From: Akkermansia sp.
GTDB lineage: Bacteria; Verrucomicrobiota; Verrucomicrobiia; Limisphaerales; SIBH01
DNA length: 64,000 nucleotides
Assembly (NCBI GenBank): GCA_043757045.1
Contig: JAYVQC010000135.1
Coordinates: 11 to 64,010 of the forward strand
Reading direction: 5' to 3'
Below, one piece after another: positions 44,722 through 54,173 of the stretch. Under the pieces are notes generated by a model. That model was not told where the DNA came from. It did no database searches and saw only the letters and a program-made list of their open reading frames with translations. The translations under genes and the position numbers were made by a program. Every line of letters begins with the position of its first letter. The first letter of the stretch is position 1.

Positions 44722-45579
44722 TCACGTCGCCGGCACGAAGCGTTGCAGGACGAGTGCGAGCACGAAGCAGGCGGCGAAGACGATGCCCATCTCGCGCGGC
44801 TGATCCACCACGGCCAGCAAGTCCACCCAGCAAATCCCCGCGAGCAGTCCACCGACCGCGCGCGGCACGTTGCGTGGCTCCATCCACACGCTCCGCAGCG
44901 TGCGCACCGTCCACAGCACGAACACCGCGCCGATGAGCAGCGCGGGTTGGAATGATTCACGATCATTCACCAGCAGCGCGAGCACGGGCGGAAGGACGAG
45001 GAGCAGTTGCGGCCAGTGTTGAATGACCACGCCCGTCGCCTCCTTCCGCGCGAGGTAGCTCAGGCCCACGATGTATGCCGCCAGCACCAGCCCGCTCCAC
45101 ATCGCCAGCCCCGTCACGCCCGTCACCGCCGCCGAGGAGGCCGTGAGGTAAAGCAGCAAACGGCACAGCGCCATGAGCAATGGCGAGAACGTCACCACCT
45201 TATGCAACCAATCGTAGAGCAGAATGCTCGCGGCCAGCAGCACACCAAAAATCGCCGTGGAAAATCCGAAGAGGAACAGCAGCGCCGTGCCCGCGAGAAG
45301 CATTCCGAAGCCGAGCTTCCACACCGTGCTGCGCGAAATCGCGCCCGAGGGAATGGGCCGTTCACGCCGGTACTCCGCGTCGAACTCCACGTCGAACGCG
45401 TCGTTCAGATACATCCCGCCCACGTAGAGCAGCGTGGCCCCGCCGCACAACACCGCGAAGCGGTTCCACTCGCCACCGCCGCCGAGCAGCCAGCCCGCGA
45501 GGCAGTTCGACCACACGGTCGGCAGATTCGAGACGCGCCCCAGGACGAGCAGCGCGCGGAGTTTCGAGGATGAGGTCAT
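44722..45579 (-). CDS. UbiA family prenyltransferase
   Basis: 285 aa, polytopic. The Asp-rich motif is 'YLNDAFDVEFD' (NDxxDxxxD). Confidence 0.85.
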   Translation of the reverse strand: MTSSSKLRALLVLGRVSNLPTVWSNCLAGWLLGGGGEWNRFAVLCGGATLLYVGGMYLNDAFDVEFDAEYRRERPIPSGAISRSTVWKLGFGMLLAGTALLFLFGFSTAIFGVLLAASILLYDWLHKVVTFSPLLMALCRLLLYLTASSAAVTGVTGLAMWSGLVLAAYIVGLSYLARKEATGVVIQHWPQLLLVLPPVLALLVNDRESFQPALLIGAVFVLWTVRTLRSVWMEPRNVPRAVGGLLAGICWVDLLAVVDQPREMGIVFAACFVLALVLQRFVPAT

Positions 45580-45591
45580 GGGCGGGAAGTG

Positions 45592-45882
45592 AAGCAGTAA
45601 TCAGTAAAACAGTAATCAGTAATCAGTCCGTCAGCGCGCGGGGGGCGCATCTTGCCAGTGCCGCCATCATTGGCACGACGGAGCGCGGGCGTCTCGCCCG
45701 CCCGAATGGAACCAGAGGCCACTCCGCCCAGCAGGCGTTGGGAGAGGGAAGATCTTTCGCATCGTCCGGCCGACGGGACGCCCGCGCTCCAGTGGCGGGA
45801 CCAGCAAGATGCGCCCAGCGCGCGCGAGCAACTTGGCTCCACTGATGACTGATGACTGATGACTGTCTTACTGATTACTTCC
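45592..45882. repeat. Composite nested palindrome: heptamer (TAATCAG/ACTGATG) tracts flanking a family A REP element
   Basis: Left tract gcagtaatcagtaaaacagtaatcagtaatcagtcc (45592-45629). Family A copy 3 is at 45680-45800. Right tract actgatgactgatgactgatgactgtcttactgattac (45841-45882). Confidence 0.8.
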
Positions 45883-45887
45883 CCGCC

Positions 45888-46520
45888 TCACTTCGGCTTC
45901 GGGATGAAGAGCTTCTGCCCGACCTGAAGTTTCGACCAGTCCACGGTGGGGTTGGCCTTGATGATACCGCTCGCGGTGACGTTGATGTTCTCGGCTTTGT
46001 ATTTCGCCGCGATTTTGTCCGGACGATCTCCCGACACCACGATGTACTCAAATCCTTCTTCGTTCGCGGTGGCCGGAGCCGGGCCGCCGCGGGCCGCCGC
46101 GGGTTTGGTCGTCGCGCCATTGGCCGCAAGATCCACCGGTCGGGCCGGTCGGGCCGTGAGCGTCTTCTTGAACGTCTCGCCGAGCCGCTCCAGCGCGTCT
46201 TGAAAGCGTTTGCCGTCCGCGACGCGCGCGTCGTCCACTTTCACGATCTGGTCGTTGAGCTTGCGGAGTGAATCCTTCGTGGCGGCGTCGTTGTCCTTGT
46301 GGGCGATCTCGTCGCGCAGTTTGGAAAGCTCCGCCTTGAGCATGGCGATCTCCTTCTGCTGCGCCGCGGAGGTGAGGTTCATTTCCTCGATGGAGGCGAC
46401 GAGCCGTTTCTGATTTTCCGCCGCCTCCTGTTGCGCCGCGAGCGCGACCGCGTCCGCCGCCCGGAGCGGAGCGGTGGCGAAAAGCAAACTGACGAAAAGC
46501 AAAACCAAAGCACGTTTCAT
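45888..46520 (-). CDS. Secreted coiled-coil protein with C-terminal LysM domain
   Basis: ATG at 46520 ('MKRALVLLFVSLLFATAPLRA'). The C-terminal 'YIVVSGDRPDKIAAKY...VDWSKLQVGQKLFIP' is a LysM motif. Confidence 0.8.
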   Translation of the reverse strand: MKRALVLLFVSLLFATAPLRAADAVALAAQQEAAENQKRLVASIEEMNLTSAAQQKEIAMLKAELSKLRDEIAHKDNDAATKDSLRKLNDQIVKVDDARVADGKRFQDALERLGETFKKTLTARPARPVDLAANGATTKPAAARGGPAPATANEEGFEYIVVSGDRPDKIAAKYKAENINVTASGIIKANPTVDWSKLQVGQKLFIPKPK

Positions 46521-46603
46521 GGGCTGCAAATTAGAAAATTCTCGCCCCGCCGCAAAGTGCAAATTATGAAACTTGCGCGGGAGTTGTTGGCAAGTTGTGA
46601 ACT

Positions 46604-46770
46604 GCCAACGTGCCCCCGGCGTCCCGCCGGGCCGGGGTGTTCAACCACGGAAGACACGGAATGGAAAACGGAACACGGCATTGATGCCGCGCTCCCCATT
46701 CCGTGTCTTCCGTGGTAAAACAATTTTCCTCAATTCCCGCCGCCCGCCCGGCGGGACGCCGGGGGCACGT
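46604..46770. repeat. Nested inverted repeats (family B outer arms, 20-nt inner arms) overlapping the 3' end of the heme-binding protein CDS
   Basis: Outer arms gccaacgtgcccccggcgtcccgccggg (46604-46631) / cccggcgggacgccgggggcacgt (46747-46770). Inner arms ccacggaagacacggaatgg (46645-46664) / ccattccgtgtcttccgtgg (46696-46715). Confidence 0.85.
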
Positions 46771-49756
46771 TAGTGATGAATTCCAGCAAGTCCGCTAGGT
46801 CTTGCACGCTCAGTCCTTCCTCCAGCCCCTCGGGCATGAGCGACTGGTCGCTGCCGCGCAGCGAACGCACATCTTCGCGCGCCACGCGCGCTGTCTCGCC
46901 ATTGGGCAGTGTCAAAGTCACAGCCGCCGGAGTGTCGCTCGCGAGCACGCCGAGATGCGACTCGCCGTTCCTTGATTCCACCGTGTAGGCCACGAACGCC
47001 GCCGCCACTTCCGCGTTCGGATCAAGAATGCTGGTGAGCAATTTCTCTCCACCCCCCGCCGCCACCGAGGCCAGATCGGGACCGACGGCGAATCCTTCGT
47101 TCCCCGCGCGATGGCACGACGCGCAACGCTGCTGGTATATTGAGTGACCGCGCGCCACGTCGCCTTTCAACTCCAGTGCCGGGCGAAATTTCTTCACGAC
47201 TTCGGCGCGCGAGGAACTGTCGCGCTGGAAAATCTTCTTCGCCTGCGCGCGCAAGCCCGGGTCGGAATACGTCGTGAGCCGCTGCACGTCCGCCGCCGTC
47301 AACTCCGTGCGCGCCACGCGCTCTTGCTCGACCGCGCGCAAAAGCGCGGCGGCGGTCTCACGGCGACCGAGCGCGAGCGACACGGCTTTCGCGCGTGCGG
47401 CGGGCGCGAGTAGTGACCAGCGGGCGAAAAGGTTGGTCACGCCGTCCGCCCCGCGTCGCGCCAGCGCGGTGACGGCGACGAGTTGCACCGGCGGTGTGGT
47501 CGTGGGCGCGAAGAGTTCCATCAGCGCGCCCTGCGCCTGGCTGTCGCCGCTGCGTCCGAGAAATTCGACCGCCTCCACACGGTTTGATTCCGTGGTCGCA
47601 ACGTCGCGCAGCGTGCGACGCGCGCGTTCGTTGAACTGATCGAACATCGTCCGGTCCACCGCCGCGAGCGAAGTGCGGCGCTGCTCCAGTCCGGCCGCGA
47701 CCGCTGACGCGAGCGCCAGCGCGTTCGGTGATTGTTCACTGAGCCGCAAGCCGAGCGCCACGCGCCGCCACGGCGCGCTGGCCCCGGCGATGCGTGCGGA
47801 TTCGCGCAGAAATTCCGCCGCGCCCACGCGCTCCGTGAAACTGCGATCCAGCACCAGGGCCGCGAACACATCCGCCGCCGCGCAAGTGGGACAGGCGCCC
47901 CCGCCTGTCGCTGGTCCTGCAAGCGCCCCCGCTTGCAGTTCAGCAGGCGGGGGCGCCTGCTGGACTAGGACTGGCGGGGGCGCCAGCCCCACTAACACGG
48001 CGGCGCGCACCCAAGAGTTTTCCACGTCGCGCTGAATGAGTTTCACGAGCGTCACGGAATCGCTTTCCACCAGCGCGAGTTGGAAGCGCACGCGGATGTC
48101 GTCGTCGCTCGCGAGCGAACGAAGATCATCGCCGCGCGCCAGTCCCGTCTCCGCCGCGAGCCGGAGAGCGTGGGTGCGAACCACCGCGTTCGAGTCGCGC
48201 AGCGCGGCGCGCACATCATTTTCGTGCAACGCCGCCAGCGTGCGCAGCGTGTGCAGGGCGTGGAGCCGCGCCGGTTCGGACGTGGAGGCGCGCGCCAGTT
48301 GGCGCAGCAGCGGAAAAGAATTCGTGTCGCGCCGTTCGCAGAGCAGCCGCGCGGCGGTGTCGCGATGCCAGCCGTTCGCGTGCGCCAAAGTTTTCACCAG
48401 TTCCTCCGTGGTCGCGCCGCCGAGTTTCACGATTTTCGGCTGGGAAAAATGGGTCGGCGCGATGCGGAAGATGCGCCCGCGATCCATGCCGCTGTTCAAG
48501 TCCAGCTTGCTCTTCAACTCCGGCGGCAATGACCACGGGTGCTCGACCGTCTCGCGATACATGTCCACAACGTAGAGCGTGCCGTCGGGCGCGTTCGCCA
48601 TCGCCACAGGGCGGAACCAGTTGTCGCGCGAGGCCAGAAATTCCCGGCGCTCCTCGCCCGTCGCGCGCTCCGCGAAAAAGTTCAGCCCCTCGCGACGCAG
48701 GCGTTTGCGATGGATCAAATTACTGCCGCAGTCGGCGATGAAAACATCCCCACGAAACTCCGGCGGAAACGCGTCACCGCGATAGACCGTGACGCTGCTC
48801 GCACCGGAAAAATAGCCCGAGGCGCGGCCGCCGCCTTCCACCGGGCCGGGCACGAGACCGGCGACGCGCCATTTCGTCCGCAGCACACGCCACGGCTCCT
48901 CGGGGCTGAGGCGGAAAATTTCCGCCGCCGGTGAATCAGGACCGACGTTCACGTCCGGGGGCGGCAGCGAGTAGAACGCATTGCGCGCTGCGAACCGGTC
49001 TTCATACATCTCGGCGATGAGATGCCGCGCGTTGCTGCAAGTGAACTTGTTCCCCTCGTCATCGAACGTGATGCCCCACTGTCCGCCGCCGCTCTCGGCA
49101 CTGAAGTCGAGCGCGCGCGGGTCGAAGGAAAAGTCGCGACCGCGCAACGTCACCGGTTTCGTGTCGGGCCGCGCGACGTTGGTCACGATGCTGGCGTTGC
49201 CGCCGAGCGCGCCGTGGATGCGGTTGTCGAGTCCCCAGTTGAAGCTGTTGAGCAACTGCTGCACGTTCAAACGCGTGGCCTGATTGCCAAAGCCGGTGAA
49301 GGCCACGTTGCGCCGGTCGGCCACGCCGTCACCGTCAGTGTCTTTGAAATAAAAAATGTCCGGCGTCGCGCCGATGAAGAGGCCGCCATCCCAGCAAATC
49401 AGCGCCGTCGGCCAAGGCAGCTTGTCCGCGAAGACCGTAGCCTTGTCGAAGCGCCCGTCGCCGTCGGTGTCTTCCAGCAGCTTGATGCGGCCCAACCGTT
49501 CATCACGCCGCTCCGAGTAGTCGCGCATCTCGGCGACGTAGAGCCGGCCCTGCTCATCGAAGGCCATCGCCACGGGACTCGCGATGAGCGGTTCGCTCGC
49601 CACGACTTCGACGCGAAAGCCGTCGCGCACTTGCAGAGTGGCGGCGGCGTGGGCGGGTTCGGTGGCGGGGACGCGCGCCCAATCGTCCACGCGCAATTCT
49701 GCGGCACCAGCCGGGACCGCCAGGGCCGCGCAGAGGATCAGCAGGGAAAATTTCAC
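46730..49756 (-). CDS. PVC-type heme-binding CxxCH protein (membrane-bound dehydrogenase-like beta-propeller + HEAT repeats + C-terminal cytochrome c)
   Basis: ORF 46730..49831 (TTG). GTG at 49756 gives the signal peptide 'MKFSLLILCAALAVPAGA'. 'FRVEVVASEPLIASPVAMAFDEQGRLYVAEMRDY' is the Piru_Ver N-terminal signature. 'CASCHRAGNEGFAVGPDL' is the C-terminal heme site. Confidence 0.85.
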   Translation of the reverse strand: MKFSLLILCAALAVPAGAAELRVDDWARVPATEPAHAAATLQVRDGFRVEVVASEPLIASPVAMAFDEQGRLYVAEMRDYSERRDERLGRIKLLEDTDGDGRFDKATVFADKLPWPTALICWDGGLFIGATPDIFYFKDTDGDGVADRRNVAFTGFGNQATRLNVQQLLNSFNWGLDNRIHGALGGNASIVTNVARPDTKPVTLRGRDFSFDPRALDFSAESGGGQWGITFDDEGNKFTCSNARHLIAEMYEDRFAARNAFYSLPPPDVNVGPDSPAAEIFRLSPEEPWRVLRTKWRVAGLVPGPVEGGGRASGYFSGASSVTVYRGDAFPPEFRGDVFIADCGSNLIHRKRLRREGLNFFAERATGEERREFLASRDNWFRPVAMANAPDGTLYVVDMYRETVEHPWSLPPELKSKLDLNSGMDRGRIFRIAPTHFSQPKIVKLGGATTEELVKTLAHANGWHRDTAARLLCERRDTNSFPLLRQLARASTSEPARLHALHTLRTLAALHENDVRAALRDSNAVVRTHALRLAAETGLARGDDLRSLASDDDIRVRFQLALVESDSVTLVKLIQRDVENSWVRAAVLVGLAPPPVLVQQAPPPAELQAGALAGPATGGGACPTCAAADVFAALVLDRSFTERVGAAEFLRESARIAGASAPWRRVALGLRLSEQSPNALALASAVAAGLEQRRTSLAAVDRTMFDQFNERARRTLRDVATTESNRVEAVEFLGRSGDSQAQGALMELFAPTTTPPVQLVAVTALARRGADGVTNLFARWSLLAPAARAKAVSLALGRRETAAALLRAVEQERVARTELTAADVQRLTTYSDPGLRAQAKKIFQRDSSSRAEVVKKFRPALELKGDVARGHSIYQQRCASCHRAGNEGFAVGPDLASVAAGGGEKLLTSILDPNAEVAAAFVAYTVESRNGESHLGVLASDTPAAVTLTLPNGETARVAREDVRSLRGSDQSLMPEGLEEGLSVQDLADLLEFITNVPPASRRAGGGN
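47890..47986. repeat. Train of four family D hairpins in frame inside the heme-binding protein CDS
   Basis: gacaggcgCCCCcgcctgtc (47890-47909), ctgcaagcgCCCCcgcttgcag (47917-47938), cagcaggcgGGGGcgcctgctg (47941-47962), ctggcgGGGGcgccag (47971-47986). Translated as '...PPPAELQAGALAGPATGGGACPT...'. Confidence 0.85.
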
Positions 49757-49827
49757 CCGCGCATGATGGAACAATTCAGAACTCAGGAAAGCAGGAAACC
49801 CAGGGCGCAGCGGAACGAGACAGACTT

Positions 49828-50934
49828 TCAACTGATTTGCCCTAGGCGCACGGCGCGGCGCGCGCCGGTGGTGGCGGGCAGGTTCGCCGGCCAGCCGCGC
49901 CAGCGGTGGAACGCGAGGAGCGCGAACGCCGCCGCCTCGAGGGCGGATGACGGCCAGCCAAATTCCTCCGCAGTGGTCACGCGCGTGGTGGGAGACAGGG
50001 CGCGCAGGCGGGCGGCAATCGCGTTCACGAGGACAGGATTCTTGGCCCCACCACCTGCGAGCACCACGAGATCAGGCGTCGTGGGCAGATGCCGTTGATA
50101 GTTCAAGGCCAGCGACCGCGCCGTGAACTCGGTGAGCGTCGCGAGCGTGTCGAAAGGCGTGAGGCGCGCGGCGGGGAGAGAGCGTTGCTCCGCGCGCCAG
50201 AACGTTTCGCCGAACAGTTCGCGGCCCGTGCTTTTCGGCGGCGCGAGTTGGAAGAACGGATGTTTCAGCCAGCGACGGAGCAGCGGCTCGCAGACGCGCC
50301 CACGCTTCGCCCACGCGCCGTGGCGATCAAAAGTTTTTTCCCCGCGCGTGAGTTCGCGCATGGCGAGATCGGTCAGCACGCAGGCCGGGCCGGTGTCGAA
50401 GGCGACCACGCGCGGCGTGCGTCCGCGCCGCCAATCGAGCGAGGTCACGTTGCTGATGCCGCCCAGGTTGTTGACGCAGACGTGCTGGCCACGGCGCGCA
50501 AAAACCGTCTGATGAAACAGCGTGGCGAGCGGGGCGCCCTGCCCTCCCACCGCAAGATCGGCGGGGCGGAAGTTGCTGATGACCGGCACGCGCAACGCCT
50601 CGGCGAGATAAGCCGGCTCCCCGATTTGCAACGTGGCCGGCGTGCGACGATCGGGATGATGAAACACCGTCTGCCCGTGGAGGCCGATGAGTTCAGCGCG
50701 CGATTTCAACCGTGCGGCCTGCTGCGCGTAAAGCCGCCCGAGGTCGTGGTGCAGTTGCGCGAGTTCGTGGGCGCGGCATTCGTTGGCGGCGGCGGCGTGC
50801 AGGCGGCGTTGCAGCACGGCGGGAAACGCGCGCGACCACAGATTGATCAATTGCACCGAGCGGCGTTGCACCTCGCAGAGCGCGTAGTCCACACCATCGA
50901 GGCTGGTGCCGGACATGATGCCAAGGACGCGCAT
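49828..50934 (-). CDS. anmK: Anhydro-N-acetylmuramic acid kinase
   Basis: 368 aa. The N-terminal 'MRVLGIMSGTSLDGVD' and overall length are typical of AnmK. Confidence 0.9.
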   Translation of the reverse strand: MRVLGIMSGTSLDGVDYALCEVQRRSVQLINLWSRAFPAVLQRRLHAAAANECRAHELAQLHHDLGRLYAQQAARLKSRAELIGLHGQTVFHHPDRRTPATLQIGEPAYLAEALRVPVISNFRPADLAVGGQGAPLATLFHQTVFARRGQHVCVNNLGGISNVTSLDWRRGRTPRVVAFDTGPACVLTDLAMRELTRGEKTFDRHGAWAKRGRVCEPLLRRWLKHPFFQLAPPKSTGRELFGETFWRAEQRSLPAARLTPFDTLATLTEFTARSLALNYQRHLPTTPDLVVLAGGGAKNPVLVNAIAARLRALSPTTRVTTAEEFGWPSSALEAAAFALLAFHRWRGWPANLPATTGARRAVRLGQIS

Positions 50935-50945
50935 GGCCGGCTGGA

Positions 50946-53573
50946 TTATTTGCTGCGGAACAACTCGCTCTGCACGATTTCATGCACGATCGAGCGCACG
51001 CCGTAGTGGCTGGAACTGGCGCGCTGCAACATTTCCTCGATGGCGGCGCGGTCGCTGAAACGCACGGGCGCTCCGCTCGCATAAACCGCAAGCTGCCGGG
51101 CGAGATTGCGAGCGATGACTTTCTCGTCGTCGAGCAGCAGTTGTTTGAACTCGCGAACATCACGGAATTTTCTCCCGTCGGGCAGTTCGCCGCTGGCGTC
51201 CACCGGCAGCGCGTAGTGGAAGGCAAATTTCTGTCCGCTCTTCGCGAGACCTTTTTCAGCCGTGCCACCCTCGGCGCGGTAACGCTCGCGCCAGCCGCCG
51301 AGCACGTCGAAGCTCTCCAGCGCAAAGCCGGCGGGATCAATTTTCGTGTGACAGGCGGCGCACGCTTCGAGGTTGCGATGTTTGTCGAGCTGCTGGCGAA
51401 TCGTCACCGCGCCACGAATGTCCGGCTCGACCGCGGGCACGTTCGGCGGCGGCGGCGGCGGTTTCTGGCCGAGGATGCGTTCCATGATCCACGCGCCGCG
51501 CAGCACCGGCGAAGTCGTGGTGCCGTTGGCTGTGACCTTGAGCACGGCGGCTTGCGTCAACAGCCCGCCGCGCACGCTGTCTTTGGGCAGGGAAGTTTTT
51601 TTCAACGCCACGCCCTCCACCTTCGGCAGCCCGTAGTGCGCGGCGAGTTTTTCGTTCAGCATCGCGAAGTCGGACGCCACGAGATTGCGCGCGGGCAAAT
51701 CGCCCCGCAGCAATTCGGCGAAGAACTGCTGCGTCTCCTCCAGCGCGGACTCGACGATCAAATCATCCAGGTAGTAGTCCGAGTATAGTTCCGCGTCGGG
51801 CGACGTGGCATTGATGCGCCGTAGGTCGAGCCAGTAATCGAGGAAGGCGTCGGTGAACTGCCGCGACTTCGGGCTGTTTAGCAGCCGCTCGGTCTGCGCG
51901 CGCAGCACGTCGGGGCGGCGCAACTCACCGCGCGTCGCGAGCGCGCGGAGTTCGTCATCCGGCGCGGAGTTCCAGAGAAAGAACGCGAGCCGCGAGGCCA
52001 GCGCGTGATCGTTCAGCGGGCCGGGCTTCTCTTCGAGATAGACAAATTCCGGCGAACACAGCACGGCGGTGTAGCTGGCGATCATCGCGTCGGTGAAATT
52101 ATTTCCCTTCTGCAACGCGCTTTGCACCACCGGCAGGAAACGCTTCACGTCCGCCTCCGTCGTGGGACGGCGGTAGGCGTGACGCAGGAACTCGCGCAGC
52201 AACGGCTCCGCATCTTGCATCGGCTTCTTGGAAATCACATCCACGCCCGTGGGGGGCGCGAACTGGCGATCACCAAAACGATTCGTCTCGCCCGCGCGCC
52301 GCAAAGTTTTCGCGTCCATCTTTTTTGCGACCAACGGCATCTCGCCAAAGAGCAGCTTGTGTCCGGCGGTCGGCCACTGGTCGTAAATCGGACCTTCCAC
52401 TTCCATCCAGCGGAAGACCACGCCGGGCTGCCCGTTCGTTTCGGCCAGCGGATTTTGCCAGCGGCCCGCGCCCGGTCGGGAGCGGAACAAACGTCCCGCG
52501 TCGGGGCGAATCACTTCACCGGCCAAAAGATACACCTCGAGTTCATGCACGCTCGGCTCCGGCGTCGCGTCGAAATCGCCGAGGTGGCGCAGCAGGCGCG
52601 GCGGCGTCTCGGCGGTGATGGTGATCGGCTCGTCGCGGTGTCCGCGCGAAATGTCGTCGAGGTTCGGAATGAACCATTTGTTCGTCGGCCCCGGCCCGAC
52701 CCAGACGGAGTAGGTGTTGAAGCGCAGTTTGTAGCGGCCTGCGACGGGAGCCTTGAACTGGTTGAACTTCGGCTCAATCGGCTCGTAGGCGCTGGCCACC
52801 ACGCCCACGCCTTCCAGTTCGCGAAGTTCTTTGTTCGTGCTGGTGATCGGGGCATCGCCTTTGCGCACGTCGGCCTGCCCTTTGAATCCCAACACGGGAA
52901 AGGTCGCGCGTTCCGGCGCAGTGTTGAACACGCTGAACTTCATCGGCCCGGTGTAGCTCCGCTGATCGCGCGCGTAGTAACGCACCGTCCTGGTCTCCGG
53001 GCGCGTGACGTGCGTGGCCATGGCCTGGCGCAGCGCGTAATCCGCCGCGCCGAGATACCGCGCCATCTGCACATGCGACACGTCGAGCGCGTCGCCGACT
53101 TTGTTGAAGCGATGCGACTCGCCGTCCTCGGGGAGCGAGTCGCGCACTTGCAGCCACGGCGCGTGGAGCAGATCGCGCAGGGCATTCTCGTATTCGTAAC
53201 GGTTCAGGCGGCGCTGCGTGGCGCGGCCTTCTTTCGCGATGAGCGCCTGCTCGACCGACGACAGGGACGCGGCCAGAGGCGGTAGAAAAGATGAAAGTTC
53301 CGCCGTTTCGGGCCGCGCTTTTTTCTTGGGCGGCATCTCGCCGCTGCTCACGCGGTCATGGATCAAAGCCCATTGCGTGAAGTTGGTGGGAGAGGCGGGG
53401 TCAAATTTCAGCGTCGTCAAATCCAGCCCGCCCTTCTGCGTGTCCGCATCGTGGCACTCGACGCAATGGTTTTGCAGAAACGGCTTCGCCTCAAACGACG
53501 CCGCGCGGCCCGCCCCGCTCAACGCGCAGGCCGCGGCCCCCACACTCATCCACGCAAGAAATTGATTGCTCAT
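50946..53573 (-). CDS. DUF1592/DUF1595/DUF1587/DUF1588/DUF1585-type protein with N-terminal planctomycete cytochrome c motif
   Basis: ORF 50946..53615 (GTG). ATG at 53573 gives a signal peptide '[22 protein letters not shown]'. Motifs '[16 protein letters not shown]' and C-terminal '[19 protein letters not shown]'. Confidence 0.85.
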   Translation of the reverse strand: MSNQFLAWMSVGAAACALSGAGRAASFEAKPFLQNHCVECHDADTQKGGLDLTTLKFDPASPTNFTQWALIHDRVSSGEMPPKKKARPETAELSSFLPPLAASLSSVEQALIAKEGRATQRRLNRYEYENALRDLLHAPWLQVRDSLPEDGESHRFNKVGDALDVSHVQMARYLGAADYALRQAMATHVTRPETRTVRYYARDQRSYTGPMKFSVFNTAPERATFPVLGFKGQADVRKGDAPITSTNKELRELEGVGVVASAYEPIEPKFNQFKAPVAGRYKLRFNTYSVWVGPGPTNKWFIPNLDDISRGHRDEPITITAETPPRLLRHLGDFDATPEPSVHELEVYLLAGEVIRPDAGRLFRSRPGAGRWQNPLAETNGQPGVVFRWMEVEGPIYDQWPTAGHKLLFGEMPLVAKKMDAKTLRRAGETNRFGDRQFAPPTGVDVISKKPMQDAEPLLREFLRHAYRRPTTEADVKRFLPVVQSALQKGNNFTDAMIASYTAVLCSPEFVYLEEKPGPLNDHALASRLAFFLWNSAPDDELRALATRGELRRPDVLRAQTERLLNSPKSRQFTDAFLDYWLDLRRINATSPDAELYSDYYLDDLIVESALEETQQFFAELLRGDLPARNLVASDFAMLNEKLAAHYGLPKVEGVALKKTSLPKDSVRGGLLTQAAVLKVTANGTTTSPVLRGAWIMERILGQKPPPPPPNVPAVEPDIRGAVTIRQQLDKHRNLEACAACHTKIDPAGFALESFDVLGGWRERYRAEGGTAEKGLAKSGQKFAFHYALPVDASGELPDGRKFRDVREFKQLLLDDEKVIARNLARQLAVYASGAPVRFSDRAAIEEMLQRASSSHYGVRSIVHEIVQSELFRSK

Positions 53574-53678
53574 CTGGTGAACATTCTGGACGCCCGGCGC
53601 GGCGGGCCGCTTCACCCAAAGTCACCTGTTCGGCAGCCGGGCTGCATCTGGCTGCCGTTCGGGAGAAACAGGGGCGCA

Positions 53679-53779
53679 GGTAGGGCGTCGTCGCTCCGCG
53701 CGCGCCGGGGAGGCATTGTTTTATGTCCGCGCGTCCTGCCGACGCCAGGCTGGCGCGCGCGGAGCGACGACGCCCTACC
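53679..53779. repeat. Perfect 28-bp inverted repeat (REP family G) with 45-nt loop
   Basis: ggtagggcgtcgtcgctccgcgcgcgcc (53679-53706) and its exact reverse complement at 53752-53779. Confidence 0.9.
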
Positions 53780-53897
53780 ATTTCAGCGAGTCTCCAGCTT
53801 CGCGGCCCAAGCACGGTTTACCGATGACTGGGCCACCGGCCAGCTTCGAGCGCACTGTTGACGGAGGCCAGCCCCACTGCTTACTGATGCCGCAAGC

Positions 53898-54050
53898 ATG
53901 TGGCCGGTCTTCAAAGAGTTTCTGCTTTTTCTCCGGCAGGAGAAGAAATGGTGGCTCATTCCCTTCGTGGTGATTTTGCTGCTGCTCGGGATGTTCCTCG
54001 TCTTCGCCCCCACCTCGCCGCTCGCGCCGTTCATCTACTCGCTCTTCTGA
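53898..54050 (+). CDS. 50-aa single-TM microprotein, DUF5989-like
   Basis: Not in the ORF track (<60 aa). ATG 53898, TGA 54048-54050. 'MWPVFKEFLLFLRQEKKWWLIPFVVILLLLGMFLVFAPTSPLAPFIYSLF' matches my memory of the DUF5989 pattern ('...L..RKK.WL.P.....LL.G.L........PFIY.LF'). Confidence 0.55.
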   Translation: MWPVFKEFLLFLRQEKKWWLIPFVVILLLLGMFLVFAPTSPLAPFIYSLF

Positions 54051-54173
54051 TGGGGCGGTAGTGGTAAAGTTTGAAAATCTCCCTGCAATTGAACTCCGGT
54101 GAAGTTCAACAACTCCGTGGCGCATGTGAATCAATTCCTGATTCTTTTTCGGCTCAACCGTGGCGTGTGTCCT

